From NCBI GenBank assembly GCA_963649295.1, contig CAVJHK010000001.1, positions 4,636 to 68,635 on the forward strand: a DNA stretch of 64,000 nucleotides, given 5' to 3'. Numbering within the stretch: the stretch's first letter is position 1; every line of letters starts with the position of its first letter. Below the pieces are notes generated by a model that was given only the letters and a program-made list of their open reading frames with translations, was not told where the DNA came from and searched no databases. Source of the DNA: Lachnospiraceae bacterium (GTDB lineage Bacteria > Bacillota > Clostridia > Lachnospirales > Lachnospiraceae). The position numbers and the translations under genes are program-made. Positions 8,891-18,451 of the stretch are shown here, piece after piece.

Positions 8891-9835
8891 ATGGGAATAG
8901 ATATCCAATATAACTATTTGATTGAAGACGAAATAAAAAACTTCCCTAATGATTTTCCGATATATAGCCGCAGAGATCCGGACGCCTGTAGTAAAAAATT
9001 GTATGATGATATCGAAAAGATATTTTTTCAGGGAGAAGAGAGTAGCGTCAAAGAGGGATTTGATAAAAAAAGGCGTGAGAGTTATTATACATTGAAAGTG
9101 GCGGATAGTACCCTATTATCGGTAGATTATATTGGTCCGTCTGTGTATTGGGCTGAAAAGAAAGGAGTAGAGCCAGAAAGGATTCGCGATTTTTTAAAAC
9201 GTTGCCGTACAATCGGAGGACATATCGTATGGGAACGAGGAAGTGATTTGAAATATAAGGTCAATCAGGCACGCGGAGGAGAAAAAGGCGTATATGATAG
9301 AATTGATTGGACAATTTTGTTGTTGAAGATTTTTACAGAAAATAAAGAAATATCGCAGAAAGATTTTGTCTCAAAAGCATACACATATATTCCAAAAGAG
9401 AATCGAAATGATGACATAACAGTATTTGAAAATTTATATTATGCGTTTAAATGCTCTAAATGGCTTTCAAAATTTGAATTCAAAACATTTTGCAACAAGT
9501 TTAAACTCGTGGGAAGCTTTGTGGATAATCATTATAATGTAATTGAATTGGCTCCGCTATTTCCAATTCTACCAGATGATTATGAAAATTATATCAACAA
9601 TACATGTAAGGCTATTGATTTACGGAATGGTTATATTGTTGGTGCTAATCCTAAGGAATTTGATGTCGTTGGAGAATTGTTTCCGAATGGTGGAGAAGTA
9701 TATACTCGAGAAGAATTAATGACGCAATTTTCAGTTGAACTTGGTTATGATTCGAATAAAAGTGTTCGGTTAATCGAAACATGTGTCATGAAAGGTTTTA
9801 TTTACGAGGTGTCAGAAAATATATATACTAGATAA
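8891..9835 (+). CDS. moron-encoded protein of unknown function (314 aa)
   Basis: The ORF has conspicuously AT-rich codon usage within a GC-richer tail module. It has its own RBS (AAGGAG) and its own terminator. I recognised no family. Confidence 0.6.
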   Translation: MGIDIQYNYLIEDEIKNFPNDFPIYSRRDPDACSKKLYDDIEKIFFQGEESSVKEGFDKKRRESYYTLKVADSTLLSVDYIGPSVYWAEKKGVEPERIRDFLKRCRTIGGHIVWERGSDLKYKVNQARGGEKGVYDRIDWTILLLKIFTENKEISQKDFVSKAYTYIPKENRNDDITVFENLYYAFKCSKWLSKFEFKTFCNKFKLVGSFVDNHYNVIELAPLFPILPDDYENYINNTCKAIDLRNGYIVGANPKEFDVVGELFPNGGEVYTREELMTQFSVELGYDSNKSVRLIETCVMKGFIYEVSENIYTR

Positions 9836-9844
9836 AAATGCAGG

Positions 9845-9879
9845 GCATCAGTTGATGAAGAGTCAGCTGGTGCTTTTTC
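9845..9879 (+). terminator. rho-independent terminator after the moron
   Basis: 11-bp stem (gcatcagttga / tcagctggtgc, with 2 G-U pairs), 7-nt loop, then TTTTT. Confidence 0.7.
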
Positions 9880-9905
9880 TATGCCATTTTTGAGGAGGAG
9901 AGGCG

Positions 9906-11762
9906 ATGTATCCGGTGTCGGAGGCCTTCCTGCAGGCAGTGCAGGAGAATGCTAGGAATTATTACTGGACGGGGAAGATTACAACTAAGGCTGGCGCGGT
10001 ATATGGGTTTGGCCCGAAGGATATCGTAAAGGGCAGCGGATATATTACCAGGCAGTGCTGTGGCTCTACCGAGATTGAGCTAGGGACAGTGTATGCAGCG
10101 GAGATGGGAATTACCCTTTTCAGCGACATTGACCGGTATACGCTGGAGGATGCCAGCATTTCCCTAAGCTATCATCTGAAGCTGCCGGACGGCTCTGTCG
10201 AAGAGACGCCGATGGGAATCTTTGAGGTGTCGGAGGCCAATCGTCTGGTGAAATGCCTGGAGATTAAGGCTTATGATTATATGCTGCGCTTTGATAAAAG
10301 CTTCAACGGTTTTGAAACGGTGGGTACGGCATGGGATTTCATCAACCTGTGCTGTCAGACCTGCAAGGTGGATTCAGAGCAGTCAGAGGAAGATATTAAG
10401 GCTTTACCAAATGGCAGCGAGGTGCTGTCAATCTATACAGAAAATGATATTGAAACCTGCCGGGATGTGCTGAGCTATGTGGCTCAGGTTCTTGGCGGGT
10501 TTTTCAGTATCAATCGCAGCGGCAGACTGGAGCTGGTGAAATATGGGACAGAGCCGGTGATGACCGTGGCACAGAGGCACAGATTTTCCTCCAGCTTTTC
10601 TGATTTCATTACCAGGTACACGGCGGTGAGCTCTACCAATAAGAAGACAGAAACTGCAGAGTATTATGCCTTGGATCCGGATGATGGACTGACTATGAAT
10701 CTGGGCATAAATCCGCTCTTGCAGTTTGGCTTGAAGGAGACCAGAGAAACGCTTTGTAGGAATATCCTTCAGGACATTTCTGCGATTCGATATGTGCCTT
10801 TTGATTCGGTGACTATCGGAAATCCGGCTTTGAATCCAGGGGATGTGCTTAGATTTGCTGGAGGACAGGCGGACAGCGAGGAGATTACCTGCATTACCAG
10901 TATTCAGACGAAAATTGGTGGCAGGCAGACTATCAAATGCGTGGGCAAGAACCCAAGGCTGGCTCAGGCTAAGTCTAAGAATGACAAGAACATTTCCGGG
11001 CTGATGAATCAGATCAGCGAAACAGCCTCAAATGGCAAGCTGGGAATTCATACCTTTACCAATGCCAGCGCCTACAGCATTTCTGAGGAGGATGTGAAAA
11101 TCATCAGTATTCAGTTTGCTTCGGCTGAGGAGAATCATATGCAGTTTCTGGCAGAGCTGGTGGTGGATGTGAAGGCAGAATCGATAAGCCGCAGTGCAGA
11201 GGCAAAGGGAACCATCGTGGTGCCGATACCGGAAAGCAGTTCTGGAGAAACAGAGGATAGTTCTTCGAGTAATACAGAGGTTTCTGTAGATGTGGCGTTA
11301 CCGGTGGCCTGGTCTGAGGATGGACAAGCCCAGTGTTATGTGACCTTTGAACTGAATGATGCGGTGATTGAGACCTTTCATCCCACGGAGACCTGGCATT
11401 CTGGGAAGCATACGCTATTTCTTTATTATCCCATTGAAAAGGTGGTGACCAATTATACCAATACCTTTAATGTGTACCTGCGGATGGCTGGCGGCAGTGG
11501 TGGTGTAGATGTAGGCGGCTGTATTGCTTCAGTCAGCGGTCAGGCTATGGCAGCAGAGGAAGCCTGGGACGGCAAGCTGGAATTTGAGGAGCAGGTACTT
11601 CGTTTTGCTTTTGGTACCGGTAAGGAGACTGGCAGACTTCAGGGTAAGACCTTTGCAGAAAAGGATGTCTGGGAGATTGCGGAGCTTCTGACACGAAGCT
11701 ATAGCGATGTGGTAAGCGGCAGGGCTAAAATCGGAGCCTTTGGAAGAGTGATTGAGATTTAA
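9906..11762 (+). CDS. tail tip / tail-associated (Tal-like) structural protein
   Basis: 618 aa, following the TMP and distal tail genes. The N-terminal style matches tail proteins of Firmicutes siphophages. Assigned by position and size. Confidence 0.5.
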   Translation: MYPVSEAFLQAVQENARNYYWTGKITTKAGAVYGFGPKDIVKGSGYITRQCCGSTEIELGTVYAAEMGITLFSDIDRYTLEDASISLSYHLKLPDGSVEETPMGIFEVSEANRLVKCLEIKAYDYMLRFDKSFNGFETVGTAWDFINLCCQTCKVDSEQSEEDIKALPNGSEVLSIYTENDIETCRDVLSYVAQVLGGFFSINRSGRLELVKYGTEPVMTVAQRHRFSSSFSDFITRYTAVSSTNKKTETAEYYALDPDDGLTMNLGINPLLQFGLKETRETLCRNILQDISAIRYVPFDSVTIGNPALNPGDVLRFAGGQADSEEITCITSIQTKIGGRQTIKCVGKNPRLAQAKSKNDKNISGLMNQISETASNGKLGIHTFTNASAYSISEEDVKIISIQFASAEENHMQFLAELVVDVKAESISRSAEAKGTIVVPIPESSSGETEDSSSSNTEVSVDVALPVAWSEDGQAQCYVTFELNDAVIETFHPTETWHSGKHTLFLYYPIEKVVTNYTNTFNVYLRMAGGSGGVDVGGCIASVSGQAMAAEEAWDGKLEFEEQVLRFAFGTGKETGRLQGKTFAEKDVWEIAELLTRSYSDVVSGRAKIGAFGRVIEI

Positions 11763-11795
11763 TGGCGGAGCATCTTTCGCAGAAAGGATTGGAAT

Positions 11796-13208
11796 ATGAA
11801 GCTAAAGGGCCAAATGCTCCTGGAACTGACGGATACGGCCACCGGAGAGGTGGAGACCATCCAGGAGACAAATATGGTGACAAATGCGGTGAATAACATT
11901 TTGGGAATGAATCCTATGGGTGTGTGGATGAAGGGGGCAGGGGAGTATGATGACATGCTCCTCTGGAATGATAATTTGCTGCCGATTTGTCCCAACATGA
12001 TTGGCGGGATATTGTTATTTTCCAAGGCATTGACGGAGGATGCCGACAACATTTACCCATCTTCGGAGAATCTGCCGGTGGCCTATGCCAGCAATGACGT
12101 GAATTCTACTACCAATGTGAAGCGCGGCAGCATGAACCTGACGGAGAGCAAGGCGTTGGACAACGGCTATAAATTTGTCTGGGAGTTTACGCCGAGTCAG
12201 GGCAACGGCACCATTGCAGCGGTGGGACTAACCTCCAAGCAGGGCGGTGCTAATGCCTATGGAAGTGATGCGGCGTCGGATACACCATTTTTGTATGTGC
12301 GATCGGTGGATCTAAGGGATTTGTCCCAGGAGCAGCAGATGATTTTCTATGAGGCGGTGGAGCTTGATTTTGAAAAGGACTTGCTCTATTCCTTCAGTTA
12401 TGCCAGCAATACAGTGACGATTCGAAAGTTTAAGTATCCGGTCTTTAGCCTTGGACTCAATGACAGGCTGAATGATACGACACCGGTGCTGCTGGAGACG
12501 AAGGTATTGACCTGCTCGACCTTCCGATTCTATGGAAGCTATACGCCGTATGGGCATTTCTTTGATGGTAAGGATGGATACTGGTATGGCTTTGCCAATC
12601 AGCAGAATTCCTCCGGTAATGCGACAGTGCTGTGGATCAAGATTAGCAAGGAGGATTATTCCTTTACCGAGGGCAAGTGGTCATTGACTAATGCAAAGCT
12701 TCAGTACATCGGCAGTGTGAAGTATGACAGCTATCCCTGCATTATAAACAGGGCTGTGGTTCGAAATGGCTATCTGTATGTGGTGGCCTATGATAAGACC
12801 GGTATTTACAAGATTAATGTGAATAACTCGTCGGATGTGACGCTGATTGAGTTTGGTTTTACTTCAGCCTTTAAGCCTCTGGGGGGAAGCGGCAGCAGTG
12901 AATCCTATCTGCAGGTGGTGGGAGATCTCATCATTGGATGGGATTTCCAGATTGATGTAAATGATAAGGTGATTCAGACAGCGGGCACGGAGCGATGCAC
13001 TAATATCGCAACGCCTCTGTTTGAGTATAAGGGCTTTATGGTTGGCTGGTGCTCAGCCTATGGCAGCGAGTATAGGAGAATGTATCTGAGGAGTCCATAT
13101 CTGGCTACCATCAACAACCTAAGTCAGGCTGTTGTGAAGAATGCGGATAAGACCATGAAGATTACTTACACGCTGACGGAGGTGGACGAGACGACAGCTG
13201 GTGAGTAA
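11796..13208 (+). CDS. putative receptor-binding / tail fibre protein
   Basis: 470 aa and the last structural gene before the lysis cassette. Assigned by position only. Confidence 0.35.
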   Translation: MKLKGQMLLELTDTATGEVETIQETNMVTNAVNNILGMNPMGVWMKGAGEYDDMLLWNDNLLPICPNMIGGILLFSKALTEDADNIYPSSENLPVAYASNDVNSTTNVKRGSMNLTESKALDNGYKFVWEFTPSQGNGTIAAVGLTSKQGGANAYGSDAASDTPFLYVRSVDLRDLSQEQQMIFYEAVELDFEKDLLYSFSYASNTVTIRKFKYPVFSLGLNDRLNDTTPVLLETKVLTCSTFRFYGSYTPYGHFFDGKDGYWYGFANQQNSSGNATVLWIKISKEDYSFTEGKWSLTNAKLQYIGSVKYDSYPCIINRAVVRNGYLYVVAYDKTGIYKINVNNSSDVTLIEFGFTSAFKPLGGSGSSESYLQVVGDLIIGWDFQIDVNDKVIQTAGTERCTNIATPLFEYKGFMVGWCSAYGSEYRRMYLRSPYLATINNLSQAVVKNADKTMKITYTLTEVDETTAGE

Positions 13209-13355
13209 GGCTGTGGAAAAAGGAATATGGCAAGGGTAACTGAGGGATGGCTGCGGCTGTCCCTTTTAGTTTGCATGAAATGAGCCGAAGCTTGGGGTGC
13301 TAGAGAGGCTTTGGCTAGGTTTATGCGAAGGCGAAGGAAATGGAGGGTTTTGCTA

Positions 13356-13772
13356 ATGAAAGAATTTTGGAACTTGATTCAGGCTATGTTTGCAGCTGTG
13401 GGAGGCTGGCTTGGGTATTTCCTGGGAGGCTGTGATGGGCTTCTTATGGCGCTGGTGCTTTTCGTGGTTGTGGATTACATCACGGGAGTCATGTGTGCGG
13501 TGGCAGATCATACACTGTCCAGTGCTGTGGGCTTTAAGGGAATCTGCAGGAAGGTGCTGATTTTTATGCTGGTTGGCATTGCTAATGTCATGGATGTGGA
13601 GATTCTAAAGAGCGGCTGTGTGCTGAGAACGGCAGTGATTTTTTTCTATCTCAGCAATGAGGGCATCAGCATGATGGAGAACGCAGCGCATCTGGGATTG
13701 CCGGTGCCGGAGAAACTGAAGGTGGTGCTGGAGCAGCTGCATGAGAGAGATGATAAGGAGAGTGATGAATAA
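13356..13772 (+). CDS. holin (phage holin family 4-like)
   Basis: ATG 13356 follows GGAGGG. It has three hydrophobic segments, the motifs VVDYITGV and FFYLSNEGISMMENAAHLGLPVP, and lies immediately upstream of the endolysin. Confidence 0.8.
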   Translation: MKEFWNLIQAMFAAVGGWLGYFLGGCDGLLMALVLFVVVDYITGVMCAVADHTLSSAVGFKGICRKVLIFMLVGIANVMDVEILKSGCVLRTAVIFFYLSNEGISMMENAAHLGLPVPEKLKVVLEQLHERDDKESDE

Positions 13773-14584
13773 TGGCAGGAAAAGCAAGTGCATTGGTGGC
13801 TCAGGCGAAGGCCTGGATCGGATGCAAGGAATCCGATGGAAGCCATCGGAAGATTATTGATGTTTACAATGAACATAAACCATTGGCAAGAGGCTATAAG
13901 GTGAAGTACACGGATTCCTGGTGCGCAACATTTGTGTCGGCCTGCGCCATTAAGACGGGCATGACTGACATTATCCCGACAGAGTGCGGCTGCGGCCAGA
14001 TGGTGCAGCTGTTTCAAAAGCTGGGGGAATGGGATGAAAATGATGGCAGAGTGCCGAAGGCTGGGGATGTAATTTTTTATGATTGGAATGACAGTGGCTC
14101 TGGGGATAACAATGGATGGCCTGATCATGTGGGCATCGTGGAGAAGGTCAGCGGTAAGAGCATTACCGTGATTGAAGGCAATTATCAGGACGCGGTGAAG
14201 AGGCGAGTGCTTAAGGTTAATGGAAAGTATATCAGGGGATATGGAGTGCCGAGGTATGAGGAAGAAAGCAGCACTGGCACTGGCACAATGGCAACGGCTG
14301 GTGGAAGTGGAACTGGCTCTGGGGTATTGGCAGATGCCTCGGGAAATGGAGCGCTGAGCAAGACACCGAAATGGACCGGAAGAGTGACAGCTTCAGTGCT
14401 TAATGTTCGCTCATGGGCGGGAACAGAGCATGTAAATATTAAGTCCTGGCCGAGGCTTGCCAAAGGGAATCTAGTGGATGTGTGCGACTGCATCCTGGCT
14501 AAGGATGGCAGCAAATGGTATTACGTGAAAATTGACGGACGGGTGTACGGATTTGTGCATTCGAGGTATGTGGAAGAAGTGTAA
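13772..14584 (+). CDS. endolysin: N-terminal CHAP/NlpC-P60-like amidase plus C-terminal SH3b
   Basis: Cys motif DSWCATFVSAC and His motif PDHVGIVEKV, a Gly/Ser linker, and an SH3b-like C-terminus (GRVTASVLNVRSWAG...YYVKIDGRVYGFVHSRYV). Confidence 0.85.
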   Translation: MAGKASALVAQAKAWIGCKESDGSHRKIIDVYNEHKPLARGYKVKYTDSWCATFVSACAIKTGMTDIIPTECGCGQMVQLFQKLGEWDENDGRVPKAGDVIFYDWNDSGSGDNNGWPDHVGIVEKVSGKSITVIEGNYQDAVKRRVLKVNGKYIRGYGVPRYEEESSTGTGTMATAGGSGTGSGVLADASGNGALSKTPKWTGRVTASVLNVRSWAGTEHVNIKSWPRLAKGNLVDVCDCILAKDGSKWYYVKIDGRVYGFVHSRYVEEV

Positions 14585-14601
14585 GGGAATAGAGATGAGA
14601 G

Positions 14602-14650
14602 AGGCCTGCTGGCATTGGGAGAGATCCTGGTGCTGGCGGGCCTTTTTTTG
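14602..14650 (+). terminator. probable terminator after the lysis cassette
   Basis: aggcctgc ... gcgggcct stem followed by TTTTTTT. The loop is long, so confidence is moderate. Confidence 0.5.
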
Positions 14651-14731
14651 GTTTATGAAATTTTATGATTGAGGTTAAAATTTTGTTCTTTTTCTTTGCC
14701 TGTGACCTGAGAAGAGATTTTCTCAGGAAGG

Positions 14732-14983
14732 ATGGCAAAGAGTATGACAGCAGACGAAATGAAGAATGTGGATATCAGAACTGTCGACAGAGATGCGCTT
14801 GTGGATATTCACGATGTAAAGATTGACAGGACACTTCCAAAGAAAGAGCGGATCAGAAGTTTTGTAGAGCAGATTAAAAATCCATATTGCTTTAAATGCG
14901 GGGAAGTGGTTGTGAAAATGTCTTTTTCTGATACGGAGGCGACTTTGGAAGATAGAATGGAGCATTACCTTCGAAGCCTTTGA
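14732..14983 (+). CDS. small conserved-looking protein (83 aa) preceding the recombinase genes
   Basis: The ORF has phage-like composition and the motif IKNPYCFKCGEVVVKMSF. Function unknown. Confidence 0.5.
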   Translation: MAKSMTADEMKNVDIRTVDRDALVDIHDVKIDRTLPKKERIRSFVEQIKNPYCFKCGEVVVKMSFSDTEATLEDRMEHYLRSL

Positions 14984-15120
14984 TGCCATATTTCAGATGT
15001 CATGGAAGCTGATAGAAGGCTGTGTTAAGATAAACTTGGTCAAAAAAATAGGTGCTTTGCATCTGAAAAGGCATAGCTTTTCGGTTCTTGGCTGAGTAAA
15101 TCAGAAAGGACGAAAAAGCT

Positions 15121-16737
15121 GTGAAAAATAAAAATTTCAACGCATGTATTTATACAAGACTGTCGCGTGATGATGGTGACAAACTTGAGAGCGACAGTAT
15201 CATAAACCAGAGAGCCCTTATTAAGGACTTTCTTTCTAAGCATCCGGAGATACAGGTGGTTTCAGAGAAAACTGATGATGGATACTCCGGTGTCAATTTT
15301 GACAGACCCGCATTCCAGGAGATGATGGATGAAATTCGTTCTGGGAAGGTAAACTGTGTGGTTGTCAAAGACCTTTCCCGTTTTGGAAGAAATTATATTG
15401 AAGCCGGCAATTATATTGAGAGAGTATTTCCTTTTATGGGAGTGCGCTTTATTGCCATTAATGACAGCTATGACAGCATAGACAGGAATCAATCGGATTC
15501 CTTGATTATTCCTTTTAAGAATCTTATCAACGATGCCTACTGCAAGGATATTTCCGTAAAAATCAGATCTCAGCTTGAAATCAAGAGAAAAAAGGGACAG
15601 TTTATCGGAGCCTTTGCTGTGTATGGCTATCTGAAGGATGACGAGGACCACAACAGGCTTGTCATTGATACCTATGCTTCAGAAGTGGTGAGAGCCATTT
15701 ATAAGTGGAAACTGGAAGGTATGAGCCAGGGACGTATTGCAGACAAGCTGAATCTGCAAGGGGTTCTGTGTCCGATGGAGTACAAGCTTTCCCTTGGTAT
15801 GAAGGTGCAGACCAATTTCAGAGTCCATAAAAAAGCTATGTGGTCACCGGTTTCTGTTACAAGGATTCTGACGAATGAAATTTACACAGGAGTTCTAATC
15901 CAGGGAAAAAGCGGCACACCGAATTACAAGGTGAAGAAGGTTATGCCAAAGGATGAGGAGGAATGGATTCGTGTCGAGGATTCGCATCCGTCAATTATCT
16001 GCAGGGAGGATTTTGAAAATGTGCAGATGATTATGCAGAAGGACATCCGCATTGCGCCGGAAGAGGAAGCGGTATATCCATTTTCGGGGTATTTGAAATG
16101 CGCTGATTGCGGTCAGAACATGGTGCGCAAGCATTACAAATCCGGCGATAGTGAATATACCTATTTCATCTGCTCTACACGCAAGGCGAAAAAAGGATGC
16201 AGTACACATACCATCAGAGAAGATGCATTGATGGATGCGGTCCTTGCAGGAATCAGGCAACAGGTGAAGCATGTGCTGGAACTAGAGCAAATCATTGATA
16301 CGTTAGATTCACTGCCGGAGAGCCAGCAGAATGTTTTTAATTATGATGCTCAGATTGTACGGCTCAAGGAAGACATTGAAAGGAATAAATCCTTTAAGCT
16401 GAAGCTTTATGAAAATCTTCAAGAAGGCATGATTGGACAGGATGAGTATTTTCTTTTTAAGAAAAGCTATGCAGCGAAAATTGAGGAAGCGGAAGCGGCA
16501 ATTATTGCCATAGAAACCGAGCGAGAGCAGATGGTTGGCAGAAATCGTGAACGTATGGCTTGGATTGATGTCTATAAGAAATACCAGAATGTCACGGAAG
16601 TTACGAGAAGGCTTGTGGTGGAACTGATTGAGCAGATAAGAGTTTATGAGGACAGCCGTATTGAAATTAAATGGCGCTATCAGGATGAGTATGGGAAAAT
16701 CATGGATTCTCTTGTGAAATCTGAGATAGCAGTGTAG
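15121..16737 (+). CDS. large serine recombinase 1
   Basis: N-terminal resolvase catalytic domain (IYTRLSRDDGD; VVKDLSRFGRNYIEAG; FPFMGVRFIAINDSYDS), a recombinase domain, a Cys-rich Zn-ribbon (CADCGQ...CSTRKAKKGC) and a C-terminal coiled coil. Confidence 0.9.
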   Translation: MKNKNFNACIYTRLSRDDGDKLESDSIINQRALIKDFLSKHPEIQVVSEKTDDGYSGVNFDRPAFQEMMDEIRSGKVNCVVVKDLSRFGRNYIEAGNYIERVFPFMGVRFIAINDSYDSIDRNQSDSLIIPFKNLINDAYCKDISVKIRSQLEIKRKKGQFIGAFAVYGYLKDDEDHNRLVIDTYASEVVRAIYKWKLEGMSQGRIADKLNLQGVLCPMEYKLSLGMKVQTNFRVHKKAMWSPVSVTRILTNEIYTGVLIQGKSGTPNYKVKKVMPKDEEEWIRVEDSHPSIICREDFENVQMIMQKDIRIAPEEEAVYPFSGYLKCADCGQNMVRKHYKSGDSEYTYFICSTRKAKKGCSTHTIREDALMDAVLAGIRQQVKHVLELEQIIDTLDSLPESQQNVFNYDAQIVRLKEDIERNKSFKLKLYENLQEGMIGQDEYFLFKKSYAAKIEEAEAAIIAIETEREQMVGRNRERMAWIDVYKKYQNVTEVTRRLVVELIEQIRVYEDSRIEIKWRYQDEYGKIMDSLVKSEIAV

Positions 16738-16747
16738 GAGATGCGGT

Positions 16748-18451
16748 ATGGCAAGAAAAAGCAGAAAAAATACGGGCGTTCTTACTGAAACGCCTGTGCA
16801 AGAGAGCAGCTTCTTTTCCACAGCCATCTATGCCCGCTTGTCCATTGAAAACAGCGGCAAGGACGATGACGGCGATTCTATTGCTAACCAAATCAGTTTC
16901 TGTAGGGCATACCTGGAAGAACATAAAGATCTGAAGCTGTATGGAATCTATGAGGACAACGGCGAGAAGGGTACAAATTTTGACCGGCCAGAGTTTCAGA
17001 GAATGATGGATGACATAAGGGGCGGTAAAGTGAAATGTGTCCTTGTTAAGGATTTGAGCCGCTTCGGAAGAGATTATATTGAGGCAGGGGAACTTTTGGA
17101 GAAGATATTTCCCTTTATGGGTATCCGCTTTATTTCCATTACGGACGGTTATGATAGTCTGACTTCTGACGATGCGGAAGGTGCTCTGATGATCCCTCTA
17201 AAAAACATGATCAATGACGTCTATGCAAAGGATATTTCACGGAAGATTATTACATCCTTTAGGGCCAGGCAGGAGAAGGGAGAATTTCTGCCGGCATTTG
17301 CTCCATACGGATATGTGAAGTCAAAGACAGAGGCTTACCGGTATGAGATAGATGAGGTGACGGCTCCTTACGTGAAGATGATTTTTGAGTGGAAAGCTGA
17401 GGGTATTTCCCATAATGAAATCTGCAGAAGGCTCAATGAAATGGGAGCGGTGACACCATCCAGACGAAAAGTTGATCTCGGCATCTGGAGAGCAGAGAAA
17501 TACAAGCATACGGTGTGGTTTGGACGCACTATCATTGATATTCTGAAGAATCCTACCTACACCGGCTGCATTGTTTATGGAAGGATTCCTAAGTCCTTAT
17601 ATGAGGGAATCAAGATGCACCGTGCTCCGGCGGATGAGTGGAGATATGTGCCGGATGCCCATGAGCCAATTATCAGCCAGGAATTGTTCGATAAGGTCCA
17701 GCAGATGTTTGCAGACCGCGCAGAAAAATTCAAGAAGAAAATGGATGAGAATGCTAAACTGAGGGAACTGATTGCAAATCCTCTTAAAGGGAAGATTTAC
17801 TGTGGCGACTGTGGTAAGAGAATGCGGTTTGTAAAGCCTACAGACAAACGGTATCCGATAGATCAGGATCATGCCATTTATGTCTGCGGAGGGTATTTGG
17901 ACAGCGGATACAGCAGATGCTCTAGGCATTCTATCCGGTATCCGCCTGTGGCTGATGCAGTGATGGCAGTGGTAAAAATGCAGACAGAACTTGCCTTAAA
18001 GCATGAACAGCTAATCCGTCAGATGAGAGGTTCTGTGCAGGAGAAGAATCTGATCGATAAGTATGTAGGTCAGTTCAATTATCTGAATCAGGAACTGAAG
18101 AAAATTAATGCCAGAAGAGAAGGCCTGTTTGAAAATTTTGTCGATGGGATTCTCGATGAAAAAGAGTATCAGTTCGCAAAGGAAAAGTATGACGAAGAAG
18201 CTTCTGCTCTTGATAAAAAGCTGAAGAAAAAAAAAAAAAAAAAGAATCAGGTGGACTTCGACAACAAGTGGCTTGCGGCAATGCACGAAGCGGAGAATAC
18301 TGCTGAAATGAATGAAACTCTTACGAAGAGTCTTATCAGCAAGGTCATGATATTTGAGGATAACCGTGTTGAAGTGGAACTGAATTATGCAGAGGATAGG
18401 GACATCTTCCAGAATATCGTAGCTGAAATGGCAGGTGATGATCATGAGTAA
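16748..18451 (+). CDS. large serine recombinase 2
   Basis: IYARLSIENSG; VKDLSRFGRDYIEAG; FPFMGIRFISITDGYDS; Zn-ribbon CGDCGKRM...CGG; coiled-coil tail containing a K7 run. Confidence 0.9.
   Translation: MARKSRKNTGVLTETPVQESSFFSTAIYARLSIENSGKDDDGDSIANQISFCRAYLEEHKDLKLYGIYEDNGEKGTNFDRPEFQRMMDDIRGGKVKCVLVKDLSRFGRDYIEAGELLEKIFPFMGIRFISITDGYDSLTSDDAEGALMIPLKNMINDVYAKDISRKIITSFRARQEKGEFLPAFAPYGYVKSKTEAYRYEIDEVTAPYVKMIFEWKAEGISHNEICRRLNEMGAVTPSRRKVDLGIWRAEKYKHTVWFGRTIIDILKNPTYTGCIVYGRIPKSLYEGIKMHRAPADEWRYVPDAHEPIISQELFDKVQQMFADRAEKFKKKMDENAKLRELIANPLKGKIYCGDCGKRMRFVKPTDKRYPIDQDHAIYVCGGYLDSGYSRCSRHSIRYPPVADAVMAVVKMQTELALKHEQLIRQMRGSVQEKNLIDKYVGQFNYLNQELKKINARREGLFENFVDGILDEKEYQFAKEKYDEEASALDKKLKKKKKKKNQVDFDNKWLAAMHEAENTAEMNETLTKSLISKVMIFEDNRVEVELNYAEDRDIFQNIVAEMAGDDHE
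18227..18243 (+). repeat. A17 homopolymer within the recombinase 2 coding sequence
   Basis: Counted directly: ctgaag + 17 A + gaatcag. It encodes seven consecutive Lys residues. Confidence 0.95.
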
